64,000 bases of DNA from Chitinophaga pinensis (GCA_943329075.2 CALQCM020000014.1:11076-75075), one strand, 5' to 3'; shown: positions 33,255 to 43,356, numbered from the stretch's first letter. Notes: generated by a model not told the origin, from the sequence alone. Program-made: numbers and translations.

Positions 33255-34477
33255 ATTACTCCGTCGGTTCTGAGTTTGTCGATGTCGGCGTCCGTCAGGC
33301 CGAGCACGCCGCTGAGAATCTCATGCGTATGTTCGCCGAGCAATGGTGCGGCGCGTTCGTACGTCGGCGGTGTCGCGGACAGGCGCGCCGGATTGGCGAC
33401 AGCGGGCACCGAGCCGGCGGCGGCGCGCGCATGCGGAATGCGCGTCTCGACGCCACGCGATTTCACATGCGGATCGTCGAACACCTGCTGCAAATCATTG
33501 AGCGGCCCGCAGGGCACGCCGAGTTGCGTGAGCTTCTCGATCCACTCCGCGGTAGTGGCTTTGGCGAAGGCGGCTTCGAGTTGCGGCACCAGCGCATTGC
33601 GGTTTTTCACGCGCAGCGGGTTGGTGAGGAAGCGTGCGTCTTTGGGCAGATCGCCGAGGCCAAGCAGCGCGCAGAGTTTGCCGAACTGGCCGTCGTTGCC
33701 GACCGCCACCACCATCGGTCCGTCCTTGGCCTGAAACATCTGATAGGGCACGATGCTCGGGTGCCCGGTGCCCATGCGTTTGGGCACGATGCCGCCGATC
33801 AGGTAATTCATGTTGATGTGCGAAATCGCTGCGATCGTCGTATCGAGCAGCGACATGTCGATGTGCTGGCCTTCGCCCGAGCGCTCGCGTTCGGCGATGG
33901 CCGTCATCACCGCAAAGCTGGCATAGATGCCGGTCATCACGTCGCAGATCGCCAGTCCGACTTTGGCGGGGCCGCCGCCCGGCAGTTCGTCCGGGCCGCC
34001 GGTGAGACTCATCAGCCCGCTCATGGCCTGGAAGATGTAATCGTAGCCCGGCCGGTTGCGATAGGGGCCGGTCTGGCCGAAGCCGGTGATGGAGCAATAA
34101 ACGATACGCGGATTGATCTTGCGAATCGCTTCGTAATCGAGTCCATGGCGTTTGAGGTCGCCGACCTTGTAGTTCTCGATCAGCACATCGGAGTTGGCGG
34201 CGAGTGCCTTGACCAGCTCCTGTCCGCGCGGTGTTGATATATCAATGGTCACCGAGCGTTTGCCGCGGTTAATCGACATGAAATAGGCGGAATCCTCGGT
34301 TTCGGCGCCGCTGCTGTCCTTCAGATAAGGCGGGAAGGTGCGCGATTCGTCGCCGTGGTGCGGACGTTCGACTTTGATGACATCGGCGCCGAAGTCGGCG
34401 AGGTTTTGCGCCAGAAAGGGGCCGGCCAGCACGCGGCTCATGTCGAGAACGCGCAGATGATCGAGGGCTTTTCGCAT
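33251..34477 (-). CDS. family III CoA-transferase (CaiB/BaiF)
   Basis: LRVLDMSRVLAGPFLAQNLADFGADVIKVERP N-terminus. Length of 408 aa is typical. Confidence 0.9.
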   Translation of the reverse strand: MRKALDHLRVLDMSRVLAGPFLAQNLADFGADVIKVERPHHGDESRTFPPYLKDSSGAETEDSAYFMSINRGKRSVTIDISTPRGQELVKALAANSDVLIENYKVGDLKRHGLDYEAIRKINPRIVYCSITGFGQTGPYRNRPGYDYIFQAMSGLMSLTGGPDELPGGGPAKVGLAICDVMTGIYASFAVMTAIAERERSGEGQHIDMSLLDTTIAAISHINMNYLIGGIVPKRMGTGHPSIVPYQMFQAKDGPMVVAVGNDGQFGKLCALLGLGDLPKDARFLTNPLRVKNRNALVPQLEAAFAKATTAEWIEKLTQLGVPCGPLNDLQQVFDDPHVKSRGVETRIPHARAAAGSVPAVANPARLSATPPTYERAAPLLGEHTHEILSGVLGLTDADIDKLRTDGVI

Positions 34478-34534
34478 ATCGGTTGTTTCGTTTTCAGGGT
34501 AGGGAGGGGGGCGGTACTGCGCCGCCGGAAAGTA

Positions 34535-35326
34535 CTAGCGGTCGGTGAAACGCGGTTTGCGCTTCTCCTGAAATGCCGTCACTGCTTCCTGGTGGTCAGC
34601 ACCCATGTTGGTGATGGCTTCATAGGCAAGCGAGGCATCCATCATTGAATGCGCGAGCTGTCGCAGCGGCATGTTGATGCTGGTCTTGGTCCACTTGATG
34701 GCCTTGGTCGCACCGCGCGCGAGCTTGTCGGCAAAGGCGTTGACCTTGGTGTCGAGTTCTTCGCGCGGCACGGCATAGTTGATGAGGCCGATGCGTTCGG
34801 CTTCTTTGGCGTCGAGCATGTCGCCGGTGAGCAGGTATTCCTTGGCACGCGCAAATCCGATCAACTGCGGCCAGATCACCGCGCCGCCGTCGCCGGCCAC
34901 GTAACCCATGCGCACATGCGGGTCGCCGAAGCGCGCGGTATCGACGGCGATCATGATGTCGCACATCAGCGCCAGCGTGGCGCCGAGGCCAATGCAGTCA
35001 CCGTTGATGCGCGCGATGATCGGTTTTTCGAGATCGAGCAGACCGAAGATCATCTGCTTCATCTCGAGGTTCTTGCGGTTGAAGAGCTCGGGGTCGTCGA
35101 TGCGCCGCTGCATCATCGGAATGTCGCCGCCGGCGGAGAACACCTCGCCGGCACCGGTGAGGATGACGACGTCGCATTCGGTGTCGACCTGCACCTGGTA
35201 CCAGAGGCGTGAGAGCTCGTTGTGCAACTCGTAATGAATCGGATTCATCGGCGGGCGGTTCAGCGTGATCGTCAGAATGCGGTCACGCCGCTCGAACTGC
35301 ATGTGTTTGTAGGATGAGTAGTCCAT
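34535..35326 (-). CDS. enoyl-CoA hydratase/isomerase (crotonase) family protein
   Basis: VVILTGAGEVFSAGGDI oxyanion-hole motif, INGDCIGLGATLALMCD, 263 aa. Confidence 0.9.
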   Translation of the reverse strand: MDYSSYKHMQFERRDRILTITLNRPPMNPIHYELHNELSRLWYQVQVDTECDVVILTGAGEVFSAGGDIPMMQRRIDDPELFNRKNLEMKQMIFGLLDLEKPIIARINGDCIGLGATLALMCDIMIAVDTARFGDPHVRMGYVAGDGGAVIWPQLIGFARAKEYLLTGDMLDAKEAERIGLINYAVPREELDTKVNAFADKLARGATKAIKWTKTSINMPLRQLAHSMMDASLAYEAITNMGADHQEAVTAFQEKRKPRFTDR

Positions 35327-35511
35327 GGGAAATTTCCGTAAAAGTGTGACGTATGTTAATACTTATGCGGCCGGTGCGTTTCGTGCGCGGGCGCGCCAAA
35401 TCAAGCCGTGCATCTTTGACTGTGCCCGCTTTCGCCAAATCCCTTTTGTGTTTGTTGGCGACGCAATTGATTGTATGATCGACGGGACATTATCCGGAAA
35501 AAGGGAAGATC

Positions 35512-36396
35512 GTGTACGAAGGTTTCAGGAAATTCGAAATTCAAACCTCGGACCCCGAGGTAAAAATCACCGGCGTCATCGGCGGCAGCGGGCCCGCGGT
35601 GTTGCTGTTGCACGGCAATCCGCTGACGCATGTGCATTGGCACCTGGTCGCGCCGCGGCTGGCGAAAAATTACACCGTCGTTGCCACCGATCTGCGCGGC
35701 TATGGCGACAGCGGCAAGCCGCGCGGGCGCGACGATCACAGCAACTACTCGTTCCGCCGCATGGGGCAGGACCAGATCGATGTGATGGAGTCGCTCGGTT
35801 TCAAGGAATTCATGGTCGCCGGCCACGACCGCGGCGCGCGCACGGCGTTCCGCATGGCGCTCGACCAGCCGGACCGTGTGAAGAAGTTTGCCAGCTTCGA
35901 CATTCTGCCCACCCACCACATGCTGACGCACGCAACCTATCAATGGGCCTTGAACTCGTCGCACTGGTTTTTCATGGCGCAGGCCTATGACATTCCGGAG
36001 AAGCTGATCGAGGGTAAGGAGGATTTTTACATCCTCAACAAACTCACCAAGCTGGGCATTGGCAAGGGCGGCTTTTCTAAAGAAACGCTGGCCGAATACG
36101 CGCGCTGCTGCACGCCGGAGAACATCCATGCGGTATGCGAAGACTATCGCGCCGCCGTCAGCGTGGACATGGCGATGGACACCGCCGACTTTGAAGCGGG
36201 CCGCAAGATCGCCTGTCCGGTGGCGGTCTACTGGGGCGAACTCAGCCATACTGAAAAGCATTTCAAGCCGCGCGAGGCCTGGCCGCAGTATGCGTCGAAC
36301 ATCGTGAAGATCCGTTCGCTGCCCTGCGGGCATTATCCGGCCGAGCAGGTGCCCGATCTGGTGGTCAGCGAACTCGAGGAGTTTCTGCGCGGTTAA
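35512..36396 (+). CDS. haloacetate (fluoroacetate) dehalogenase-like alpha/beta hydrolase
   Basis: GTG start. LLLHGNPLTHVHW, GHDRGARTAFR (Asp nucleophile plus two Arg), FDILPT, SHWFF, CEDYRA, LPCGHYP. Colinear with the DehH1/FAcD family. Confidence 0.82.
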   Translation: MYEGFRKFEIQTSDPEVKITGVIGGSGPAVLLLHGNPLTHVHWHLVAPRLAKNYTVVATDLRGYGDSGKPRGRDDHSNYSFRRMGQDQIDVMESLGFKEFMVAGHDRGARTAFRMALDQPDRVKKFASFDILPTHHMLTHATYQWALNSSHWFFMAQAYDIPEKLIEGKEDFYILNKLTKLGIGKGGFSKETLAEYARCCTPENIHAVCEDYRAAVSVDMAMDTADFEAGRKIACPVAVYWGELSHTEKHFKPREAWPQYASNIVKIRSLPCGHYPAEQVPDLVVSELEEFLRG

Positions 36397-36402
36397 GCGG
36401 AC

Positions 36403-36429
36403 GATGCGGCCGGCGCTGCCGGCCGCATC
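36403..36429. terminator. perfect 12-bp GC hairpin between convergent genes
   Basis: GATGCGGCCGGC-GCT-GCCGGCCGCATC. No U-tract, so its terminator function is uncertain. Confidence 0.45.
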
Positions 36430-36441
36430 TCAAACCCGGCG

Positions 36442-37707
36442 TCAGGTTCTCCAGTGCGGGGTGGCCACGTAGTTTTTATTGATATCGGCGACCTTCTGCG
36501 TGCCGCAGTTGCCCATCACCAGTTTCAGCTCCGCCTGCATGATTTCCAGCACGCGGCTGACGCCGGCTTCGCCGAATGCACCCAATCCCCATAAGGTGGG
36601 GCGGCCGATGCCGACGGCGGTGGCGCCGAGTGCCAGCGCCTTGAACACATCGGTGCCGCGGCGCACGCCGCCATCGACGAACACTGGAATGCGGCCGTTT
36701 ACCGCGGCGACCACTTCGGGCAGTGCTTCGAGCGTGCCGCGCCCGGTTTCGGTCGAGCGGCCACCGTGGTTCGAGACCAGGATGCCGTCGAGGCCGTAGT
36801 CGAGGCACAGCTTGGCATCTTCATGCGTGTCGATGCCCTTGATGATGAATTTGCCCTTCCAGTAGTCGCGTACGCGGGCGACGAATTGCCAGTCCATGGC
36901 GGGGTCGGTGCGGCGGCCTCCGCGCATGTCGATGCCGTCAGTCAGGGGGCGGTGGCGGCCGCCCTCGAAGCCGTCTTTGTGACAGGCCTCGCACTGCTTG
37001 AGGTCGCGGGGGCGCGTGCGGAAAAAAGTTTCGCTGAAGCGGCCGGTGGTGTTGTCGACGGTGAGCGCGATGACGGATACGCCGGCGTTCTGGAAGCGCT
37101 TCAACAAATCGACGCAGGCGTCCCAGTTGCTCGGCGCGTAGAGCTGCTGCCACACCGGGCGACCGTGCGCCTTGACGACGTCGTCGAGCGGCATGCCGCT
37201 CGAGGTCGACAGCATCTGCATGGTGTTGCGCGCACGCGTGGCGCGCGCCACCGCCAGTTCGCCGTCGGCGTGAAACGACCCCTGGCCGCCGGTCGGGCAG
37301 GTGAAGATCGGGCTGGCGTAGCTGTTGCCGAAGAGATCGACGCGCATGTCAACCTTGGTCGCGTCGCGCAGGCGGCGCGGGCGTAGTTGCACCTGGCGAT
37401 AGGCGTCACGGTTGGCAAACAACGTCGCATCGTCGTCGGTGCCGCTGGCCATGTAGGCCCAGTGGCCCGGCTGCACCTTGGTGCGCGCGGTCGCTTCGAA
37501 ATCGAACACCGTCAACGCATCGGCCGGTTTATCGACGACGCTCATGCGGTCGCGCATGATGCTGGCGAATCCGCTTTGTTTGATGTCCTGCGCAAATCCG
37601 CTGTCGGCGAGAAATGCGGCCACGCCGCCACCGGCGGCGACAGTCGGGCTGGCGGCCAGAAATTTCAGGAAATCGCGGCGTGCAACGGGCGATGGATTAT
37701 TTGCCAT
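36442..37707 (-). CDS. Tat-exported FMN-dependent alpha-hydroxy-acid oxidase/dehydrogenase
   Basis: Start trimmed to MANNPSPVARRDFLKFLAASPTVAAGGG (twin-arginine signal, GAGGAGG RBS). Motifs SNHGGRS, DGGVRRGTDVFKALALGA. Confidence 0.85.
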   Translation of the reverse strand: MANNPSPVARRDFLKFLAASPTVAAGGGVAAFLADSGFAQDIKQSGFASIMRDRMSVVDKPADALTVFDFEATARTKVQPGHWAYMASGTDDDATLFANRDAYRQVQLRPRRLRDATKVDMRVDLFGNSYASPIFTCPTGGQGSFHADGELAVARATRARNTMQMLSTSSGMPLDDVVKAHGRPVWQQLYAPSNWDACVDLLKRFQNAGVSVIALTVDNTTGRFSETFFRTRPRDLKQCEACHKDGFEGGRHRPLTDGIDMRGGRRTDPAMDWQFVARVRDYWKGKFIIKGIDTHEDAKLCLDYGLDGILVSNHGGRSTETGRGTLEALPEVVAAVNGRIPVFVDGGVRRGTDVFKALALGATAVGIGRPTLWGLGAFGEAGVSRVLEIMQAELKLVMGNCGTQKVADINKNYVATPHWRT

Positions 37708-37897
37708 GATGGGTGAACCTCCTCTCGATTGATCGTTTTGATCGCGGCGCGGACTGCGTCCGTCTGGTGGAACGACAATGTCATTCTGCGACGACATTTG
37801 CCGGTGCGCCCATCTTACATCGATCGGGTTCGCCTGGCGCCTGCAGGAATTAAATGCAGCACGCGGGCGTGCCGGCGTTGCGCCGGTCACGCGCCAG

Positions 37898-38731
37898 TCA
37901 GTCGATCTTCCAGTCCAGCCACTCGCAGACGCCGCGCCCCATCGTCCATTCTTGGTCGGACTCGCTTAACCACGGCAGCTCTTCAGTGAACAGCGTGAGC
38001 GCCTGCCGATAGCTGCAGGGCAGACGCGTCAGATCGGTGCCCCAGAACACGCGGCGCGCGCCGAAGGCGTCGAAGACCGCGCGCAGATAGGGGTGCAGCG
38101 CGCGGTACGGGTAGGCATCGGTGGCGATGGCCGGAATGCCGCTCGCCTTGACCGCGATGTTCGGCCGCGCCGCCAGGGCCAGCAGATGTTTGATGTCGCT
38201 GAACGCGTCCGCGCCCTTCGGGCCCGGCGGCACCGCCAGATGATCGATGATGATTTTGAGTCGCGGATGCTGTTCGGCGATGCGCTCGACCAGCGGCGCG
38301 TGCTTCTGGTGAATCAGAATCATCAGCGGCACGCCGGCCGCTTCGGCGGCGGTCCACAGCCATTCAAGTTCGCTGTTCACCAGCATCGGCTCGAACGGCG
38401 GCATGTGAAAGGTGAAACGGATGCCCAGCATGCCGGGCTGTGCGCGCCAGTGCGCAATGCGTTCGCGCGCGTCCGGTGCGCCCATGTCGAGCCGGCCCAT
38501 GATGGCGAACGTGTCGGGATGCGCCGCGACGGCGGCGATCGCAAGATCGTTGCGCTCACCCTCCCAACTCGGCGGCACGATGATGGTGCGATCGACGCCC
38601 GCTGTTTTCATTTCAATCAGCAGATCGTCCATTGTGAACGGCTGCGGACGGTGCGGCGCATGACGCGCCGGCCACGGCCGCGCGGGTGTGCTGGCGGCCC
38701 AGATGTGGACTTGCGAATCGACGATCAGCAT
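37898..38731 (-). CDS. amidohydrolase_2-family (LigI/ACMSD-like) metal-dependent hydrolase
   Basis: MLIVDSQVHIW N-terminal metal motif, IIDHLA, and WGTD near the C-terminus. Confidence 0.82.
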   Translation of the reverse strand: MLIVDSQVHIWAASTPARPWPARHAPHRPQPFTMDDLLIEMKTAGVDRTIIVPPSWEGERNDLAIAAVAAHPDTFAIMGRLDMGAPDARERIAHWRAQPGMLGIRFTFHMPPFEPMLVNSELEWLWTAAEAAGVPLMILIHQKHAPLVERIAEQHPRLKIIIDHLAVPPGPKGADAFSDIKHLLALAARPNIAVKASGIPAIATDAYPYRALHPYLRAVFDAFGARRVFWGTDLTRLPCSYRQALTLFTEELPWLSESDQEWTMGRGVCEWLDWKID

Positions 38732-38747
38732 TGTTGTCTCCTTGAAT

Positions 38748-39992
38748 TCAGCGGGTGCGCACGGTGAACGCCAGCAGCGCCGAGATCACCGTCAGCAGTA
38801 TCAGCGCCGACAGCGCCAGCGACCAGTGGATGCCGATCAGGCTGCCCATCAGGCCGATGGTGACGCCGGCAAAGGCGCGCAGGCCCAGGCTCGACATGCT
38901 GTAGAGACCGATCACGCGTCCGCGCATATGCTGCGGCGCTTCCATCTGCACCAGCGTTTGCGCCATCGAGGCGAACGACAGTTGCAGAAATCCGGAACAG
39001 AACAACAGCACGATTGCCAAGGCATAGGAGGTCGATGCGGCGAAGCCGCCGATGGTGCAGCACCACAGCATGGCCAGAATGAAAGCGCTGCGCGGTTTTG
39101 CCGGCAGCAGGCCGCGGCTTTCGAGCACGAAGCCGGCGACCAGCGCGCCGGCGGCGTCCGCGGCGAGCAGCATGCTGTAGGTGAAGTCGGCGTGGCCGGC
39201 GCCGAGGTCGTGCGCGAAGGCCGGCATCTGCGCCTGATAGGCGTTGCCGATGAACAGCGAGGCGCCGCCGGCGAGCAGCGTCATGGCGACGATGGTGCGG
39301 TTACCGGAGATTTCGCGGATGGTCGGCAGGATGTCGGCAAGCCCGCGCGCGGCGGGCCGTTTGTTCTCTTCGTATTTTCGTTTGAACGGCGCCCAGAACA
39401 GCCACAGCATGAAGGGCAGGTAGAACAGAATATTGATGAGGATGCCTTGCGGCGGGCCGAAGGCGAGCATGAGGCCGCCGCCGATCGCCGGGCCCATCAG
39501 CATGCCGAGCATGCGCGCCGTTGAAGACAGCCGTACCGCGCTTTGCAGTTGCGCCGCGCCGACGATGTCGTAGATCAATACCTGACCGGCCGGCCCCCAC
39601 AACACGCCGGCGAAGCCGTGCAGCACCAGCAGCACCATGGCGTGCCACATTTCCATCGTGTCGGTGATGAAGAGATAACCCCAACCGGCCGAAGCGGTGA
39701 TGAAACAGAGCAGACCGATCTGGATGATGCGGCGCGGATCGAAGCGGTCGGCGAGCGCGCCCGAGTAGACAGAGAAAAACAGAAACGGCAGCCAGTGCGA
39801 GACGACGGCGAAGCCGGCCAGTGCCGGCGAGTGGAATTTCTCGTACATCATCCAGTAGCTGATGACGTGTTCGATGTTGTCCGCCATCATGCCCAGTGCG
39901 GAGACAACGAAATAGAAACGAAATGCCGGGTGGCGCAGCGCGGCAAATGATTTCGGCGACGTCGGCGGCGCTTTGTGTGCGCTTGCAGTCAT
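38748..39992 (-). CDS. MFS transporter
   Basis: 414 aa, about 12 hydrophobic helices, GALADRFDPRR loop motif (EntS/MFS_3-like). Confidence 0.88.
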   Translation of the reverse strand: MTASAHKAPPTSPKSFAALRHPAFRFYFVVSALGMMADNIEHVISYWMMYEKFHSPALAGFAVVSHWLPFLFFSVYSGALADRFDPRRIIQIGLLCFITASAGWGYLFITDTMEMWHAMVLLVLHGFAGVLWGPAGQVLIYDIVGAAQLQSAVRLSSTARMLGMLMGPAIGGGLMLAFGPPQGILINILFYLPFMLWLFWAPFKRKYEENKRPAARGLADILPTIREISGNRTIVAMTLLAGGASLFIGNAYQAQMPAFAHDLGAGHADFTYSMLLAADAAGALVAGFVLESRGLLPAKPRSAFILAMLWCCTIGGFAASTSYALAIVLLFCSGFLQLSFASMAQTLVQMEAPQHMRGRVIGLYSMSSLGLRAFAGVTIGLMGSLIGIHWSLALSALILLTVISALLAFTVRTR

Positions 39993-40179
39993 GAGGCAGC
40001 GTCGTTACGGAAAGTATTCATTACGATGGGTATCTGACGCCGTGTGACGCTGTATGACGGAATGCCGGCGCGTCTGCGATAATCGACTCCGGGGTGCAAT
40101 GTTAACGCATGGCGGCACGGCACGGGGTTTCCGTCCGTAAGAGACGTGCATGATCGATGGTGGGGAGAACAGGAAAAAG

Positions 40180-41229
40180 ATGGCGACGCAGAAAAAAGCC
40201 CGGGTGGGCCTGTGCGGATTGGGTTCGTTTTCGTATGTGATTGCGAACACGGTGCAGCGCAGCAGCAAGATCGAACTGGTGACTTGTTTTGATCCGGTCG
40301 TAGAGCGGCGCGAGGCGACCTGCGCGCGCTACGGTTGCACGCAGGAGACGAGTTTTGAGGCGATGGTGAAACGCACCGATCTCGACGGCGTGCTGCTGGT
40401 CTCGCCGAACGCATTCCATCGCGAGCAGACGGCGCTCGCCGCGCAGCATGGCAAACATGTTTATGTCGAGAAACCAATCGCCAACACGCTCGACGACGGC
40501 CGCAAAATGATCGCCGCCTGCGAGCAGGCCGGCGTCACCCTGTTGATCGGCCATGTGCACCGCCGCCACGCCGCCAACCGCAAGGTGAAAGAACTGCTTG
40601 AAAGCGGCGCCATCGGCAAGCCCATCATGGTCGAGGCCAATCTGTCGAGCGGGCAGGGCTGGGAGTTGCAGCCCGATGAGTTCCGCTGGCGCGACGACGA
40701 CACGGGCTGCCCGGGCGGTGCGCTGATGACGATCGGCGTGCACCAGGCCGACACTATCAATTACATTTTCGGGCCGGTGAAAACGGTGTTTTCGTTCTTC
40801 AACCATCTGCATATTCCGGCGCCGGTCAACGACGTGACGGCGACGGTCTTTAAATTCGAATCCGGCGTCCTTGGTTACATCGGCGCCAACTTCGCCTCGC
40901 CGCGCACCAACTGGATGCAGGTCTATGGCACCGAGGCCAACCTCACGCGCACGGTGGCGCGGCCCGACCGCCGGTTCGACACCGAGCGCAAAGTCGGTCC
41001 GGATGAATCGACACGGCTGGAGATGGTCAAAAAAGGCAGTACCACGCCGGAGCGCGTTGAGCTGAAAATCGGCGACCCGATGCTCGAAGAGATCGACGAA
41101 TTCGCCGATTGCATTTTGACGGGGCGCAAAGCCGAAACCGACGGTCGTGAATCGATCAAGGCGCTGGCGCTGATCCGTGCGGCCATCGAGTCAGCGCGGA
41201 CCGGGTTGCCGGTTGAGGTGGAGAAATAG
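40180..41229 (+). CDS. Gfo/Idh/MocA-family oxidoreductase
   Basis: Start at MATQKKARVGLCGLGSFS (Rossmann motif). HVYVEKP motif. C-terminal alpha/beta domain. Confidence 0.88.
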   Translation: MATQKKARVGLCGLGSFSYVIANTVQRSSKIELVTCFDPVVERREATCARYGCTQETSFEAMVKRTDLDGVLLVSPNAFHREQTALAAQHGKHVYVEKPIANTLDDGRKMIAACEQAGVTLLIGHVHRRHAANRKVKELLESGAIGKPIMVEANLSSGQGWELQPDEFRWRDDDTGCPGGALMTIGVHQADTINYIFGPVKTVFSFFNHLHIPAPVNDVTATVFKFESGVLGYIGANFASPRTNWMQVYGTEANLTRTVARPDRRFDTERKVGPDESTRLEMVKKGSTTPERVELKIGDPMLEEIDEFADCILTGRKAETDGRESIKALALIRAAIESARTGLPVEVEK

Positions 41230-41262
41230 AGGTGTATTGCAATGCGCTGACCATGGAAGAAC

Positions 41263-41345
41263 CGTCATTCCCGCGAAAGCGGGAATCCAGGGTTTCATGC
41301 GGATCGTGGGGCTTCTCCTGGGCTCCCGCTTTCGCGGGAGCGACG
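41263..41345. repeat. MITE/BIME-like palindromic element
   Basis: Inverted arms CGTCATTCCCGCGAAAGCGGGAATCC (41263-41288) and GGGCTCCCGCTTTCGCGGGAGCGACG (41320-41345). Confidence 0.75.
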
Positions 41346-41375
41346 AAAAATGATGTCAGTGTTTTTTAGAGGAGC

Positions 41376-42338
41376 GTGCGCGTGAAACAGATAATGAGGT
41401 TCGCTGCGGTCATTGTTTTAGCGACACTTTGTCAGGCGTCCGTCGCGCAGCAGACTTATCCGGTGCGCCCGGTGCGCCTCGTGCTCGGCCCCTCGCCGGA
41501 CCTGCTGTCGCGCATGGTTGGCCAGAAGCTCTCCGAGCTTTGGGGGCAGCAACTCGTCATCGATCAACGTCCGGCGGCCGGCGGCATCATCGCCGGTGAC
41601 ACCGTCGCCAAGTCGGCGCCGGACGGTTACACGTGGTTGCTGTCCACAGCGTCATTCGTGACGCTGGCGCACCTGTATCCGAAACTGCCTTTCGATTTTC
41701 AACGCGACTTCACACCGGTGACATTAATGGGCAGTCTGCCGTGGGTGGTGGTTGTGCATCCTTCGGTGCCGGCGAAGACGCTGGCTGAATTTGTGCAGAT
41801 CGCGCGCGCAAAGCCGGGGCAATACAACTATGCGAACCCCGGCAACGGTACTTCAACGCATATCGTCACCGAAATGTTTTTGCACGATGCCAATATCAAG
41901 GTGGTGAATATTCCGTACAAGGGCGTGGCGGCGGCGTTGACCGATCTCGTCGGCGGCCAGGCGCAGATGGGTTTCGGCATCACGCAGGGCAGTGTGCCGC
42001 ACGTATTGAGCGGGCGCCTGCGCGCGCTGGCAGTGAGCACGGCCAAGCGTCTCGCCGCGCTGCCTGATGTGCCGACGCTGGCAGAGTCGGGCTTCAAGGA
42101 CATGGATGTGGTCGGCTGGAACGGCGTGCATGTGCCGACCGGCACGCCGCCCGCGGTGATCGCGCAGATCAACCGCAACATCAATGATGTTCTGAAGATG
42201 CGCGACATCCAGGAACGTATGACGGCGGCGGGATTCGAAATCGGCAACACCACGGTGCCGGAGTTCGCGGCGTTCGTGAAACGTGACTTCGATCGTTATG
42301 GCAAGGTTATCCGTGAGACGAACATCCGTGCCGACTGA
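41376..42338 (+). CDS. Bug/TctC-family substrate-binding protein (divergent N-terminal motif)
   Basis: Signal ...LATLCQASVAQ. Motifs LVIDQRPAAGG, NIPYKG. The usual PGG..D loop is replaced by LGPSPDLLSR. Confidence 0.85.
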   Translation: MRVKQIMRFAAVIVLATLCQASVAQQTYPVRPVRLVLGPSPDLLSRMVGQKLSELWGQQLVIDQRPAAGGIIAGDTVAKSAPDGYTWLLSTASFVTLAHLYPKLPFDFQRDFTPVTLMGSLPWVVVVHPSVPAKTLAEFVQIARAKPGQYNYANPGNGTSTHIVTEMFLHDANIKVVNIPYKGVAAALTDLVGGQAQMGFGITQGSVPHVLSGRLRALAVSTAKRLAALPDVPTLAESGFKDMDVVGWNGVHVPTGTPPAVIAQINRNINDVLKMRDIQERMTAAGFEIGNTTVPEFAAFVKRDFDRYGKVIRETNIRAD

Positions 42339-43329
42339 AGAGAACACGATAACGCTGAGCGCGGCGGCGGCACTCGCTTTTGGCGCGTCGGCGCTGCAAC
42401 GCCTTGGCTTTAGCGGCGAAGAGGCCGGCATTGTTGCGGCGCATCTGGTCGATTCGGAGTTGTGCGGTTACCCGGCGCTGGGCCTGGCGCGCATCATCAC
42501 GATTGCTGAACACGCGCGTATGCGCGAGCCGCGCAGTGCGCCGCGTATCATTCACGAAACACCGGTGTCGGCGCAGATCGACGGCGGCAATTTTGTCGGC
42601 CTGTATTCCGTGTATCGCGCCAGCGAGATCGCTATCGAAAAGGCGCGCGCCCATGGTTTTGCACTGGTTGGCCTGCACAACAGCTGGGTGAGCGGACGCA
42701 ATGCCTATTACCTCGAAAAAATCGCGCGCGCCGGATACGCCGGCATTCATCTTGCCTGCAGTCGTCCGGTGGTGGTGCCGCACGGCGGCCGCGCGCCGGC
42801 ACTCGGCACCAATCCGATTGCTTTCGCGCTACCAGGCACACCCGACCCCGTGATTTTCGATATGGGCACCTCGGCAACCAATCACGGCGACGTGCTGCTG
42901 GCGGGGCGTCTTAACCGGTTGCTGCCCGCAGGCGTGGCGGTGGATGCCAACGGCGCGCCGACGCGCGATCCGCAAGCCGCCCTGCAGGGCGGCATCCTGC
43001 CTTTCGGCGGCGCACACGCGCACAAGGGCTACGGCCTGTCGTTCATGGTGCAGGCGATGGGACTGCTCGCTGGTGCCGCGCTGCCGCGCGGCCAGGTGCA
43101 GGACTTCGCTTTTCTGTTCATGGTGTTCGATCCGGCGCTGTTGATGCCACGCGCGCAGTTCGAACAACAGCTCGCCGAATTGATTGTGCAGGTAAAGGCG
43201 ACGCCACGGCAACCCGGCGTCGATGAAATCCGCATTCCGTCGGAGCAGGCCTTCCGCACGCGTGTGCAACGTCGCGTGGAAGGCTTTGAATTGCCGCGGC
43301 GCATTCATGAACGCATTGCGGCGTTGTAG
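42283..43329 (+). CDS. Ldh_2-family (malate/L-lactate/sulfolactate-type) oxidoreductase, start uncertain
   Basis: CGYPALGLARI, HNSWVSGR, GTNPIAFA, GTSATNHGDV and GGAHAHKGYGL motifs. Possible starts at 42283, 42298 or 42328, all overlapping the end of the upstream Bug gene. Confidence 0.82.
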   Translation: MTSIVMARLSVRRTSVPTEENTITLSAAAALAFGASALQRLGFSGEEAGIVAAHLVDSELCGYPALGLARIITIAEHARMREPRSAPRIIHETPVSAQIDGGNFVGLYSVYRASEIAIEKARAHGFALVGLHNSWVSGRNAYYLEKIARAGYAGIHLACSRPVVVPHGGRAPALGTNPIAFALPGTPDPVIFDMGTSATNHGDVLLAGRLNRLLPAGVAVDANGAPTRDPQAALQGGILPFGGAHAHKGYGLSFMVQAMGLLAGAALPRGQVQDFAFLFMVFDPALLMPRAQFEQQLAELIVQVKATPRQPGVDEIRIPSEQAFRTRVQRRVEGFELPRRIHERIAAL

Positions 43330-43356
43330 CGCCGGCGCGGTCGAAAGGGTTTGAGC

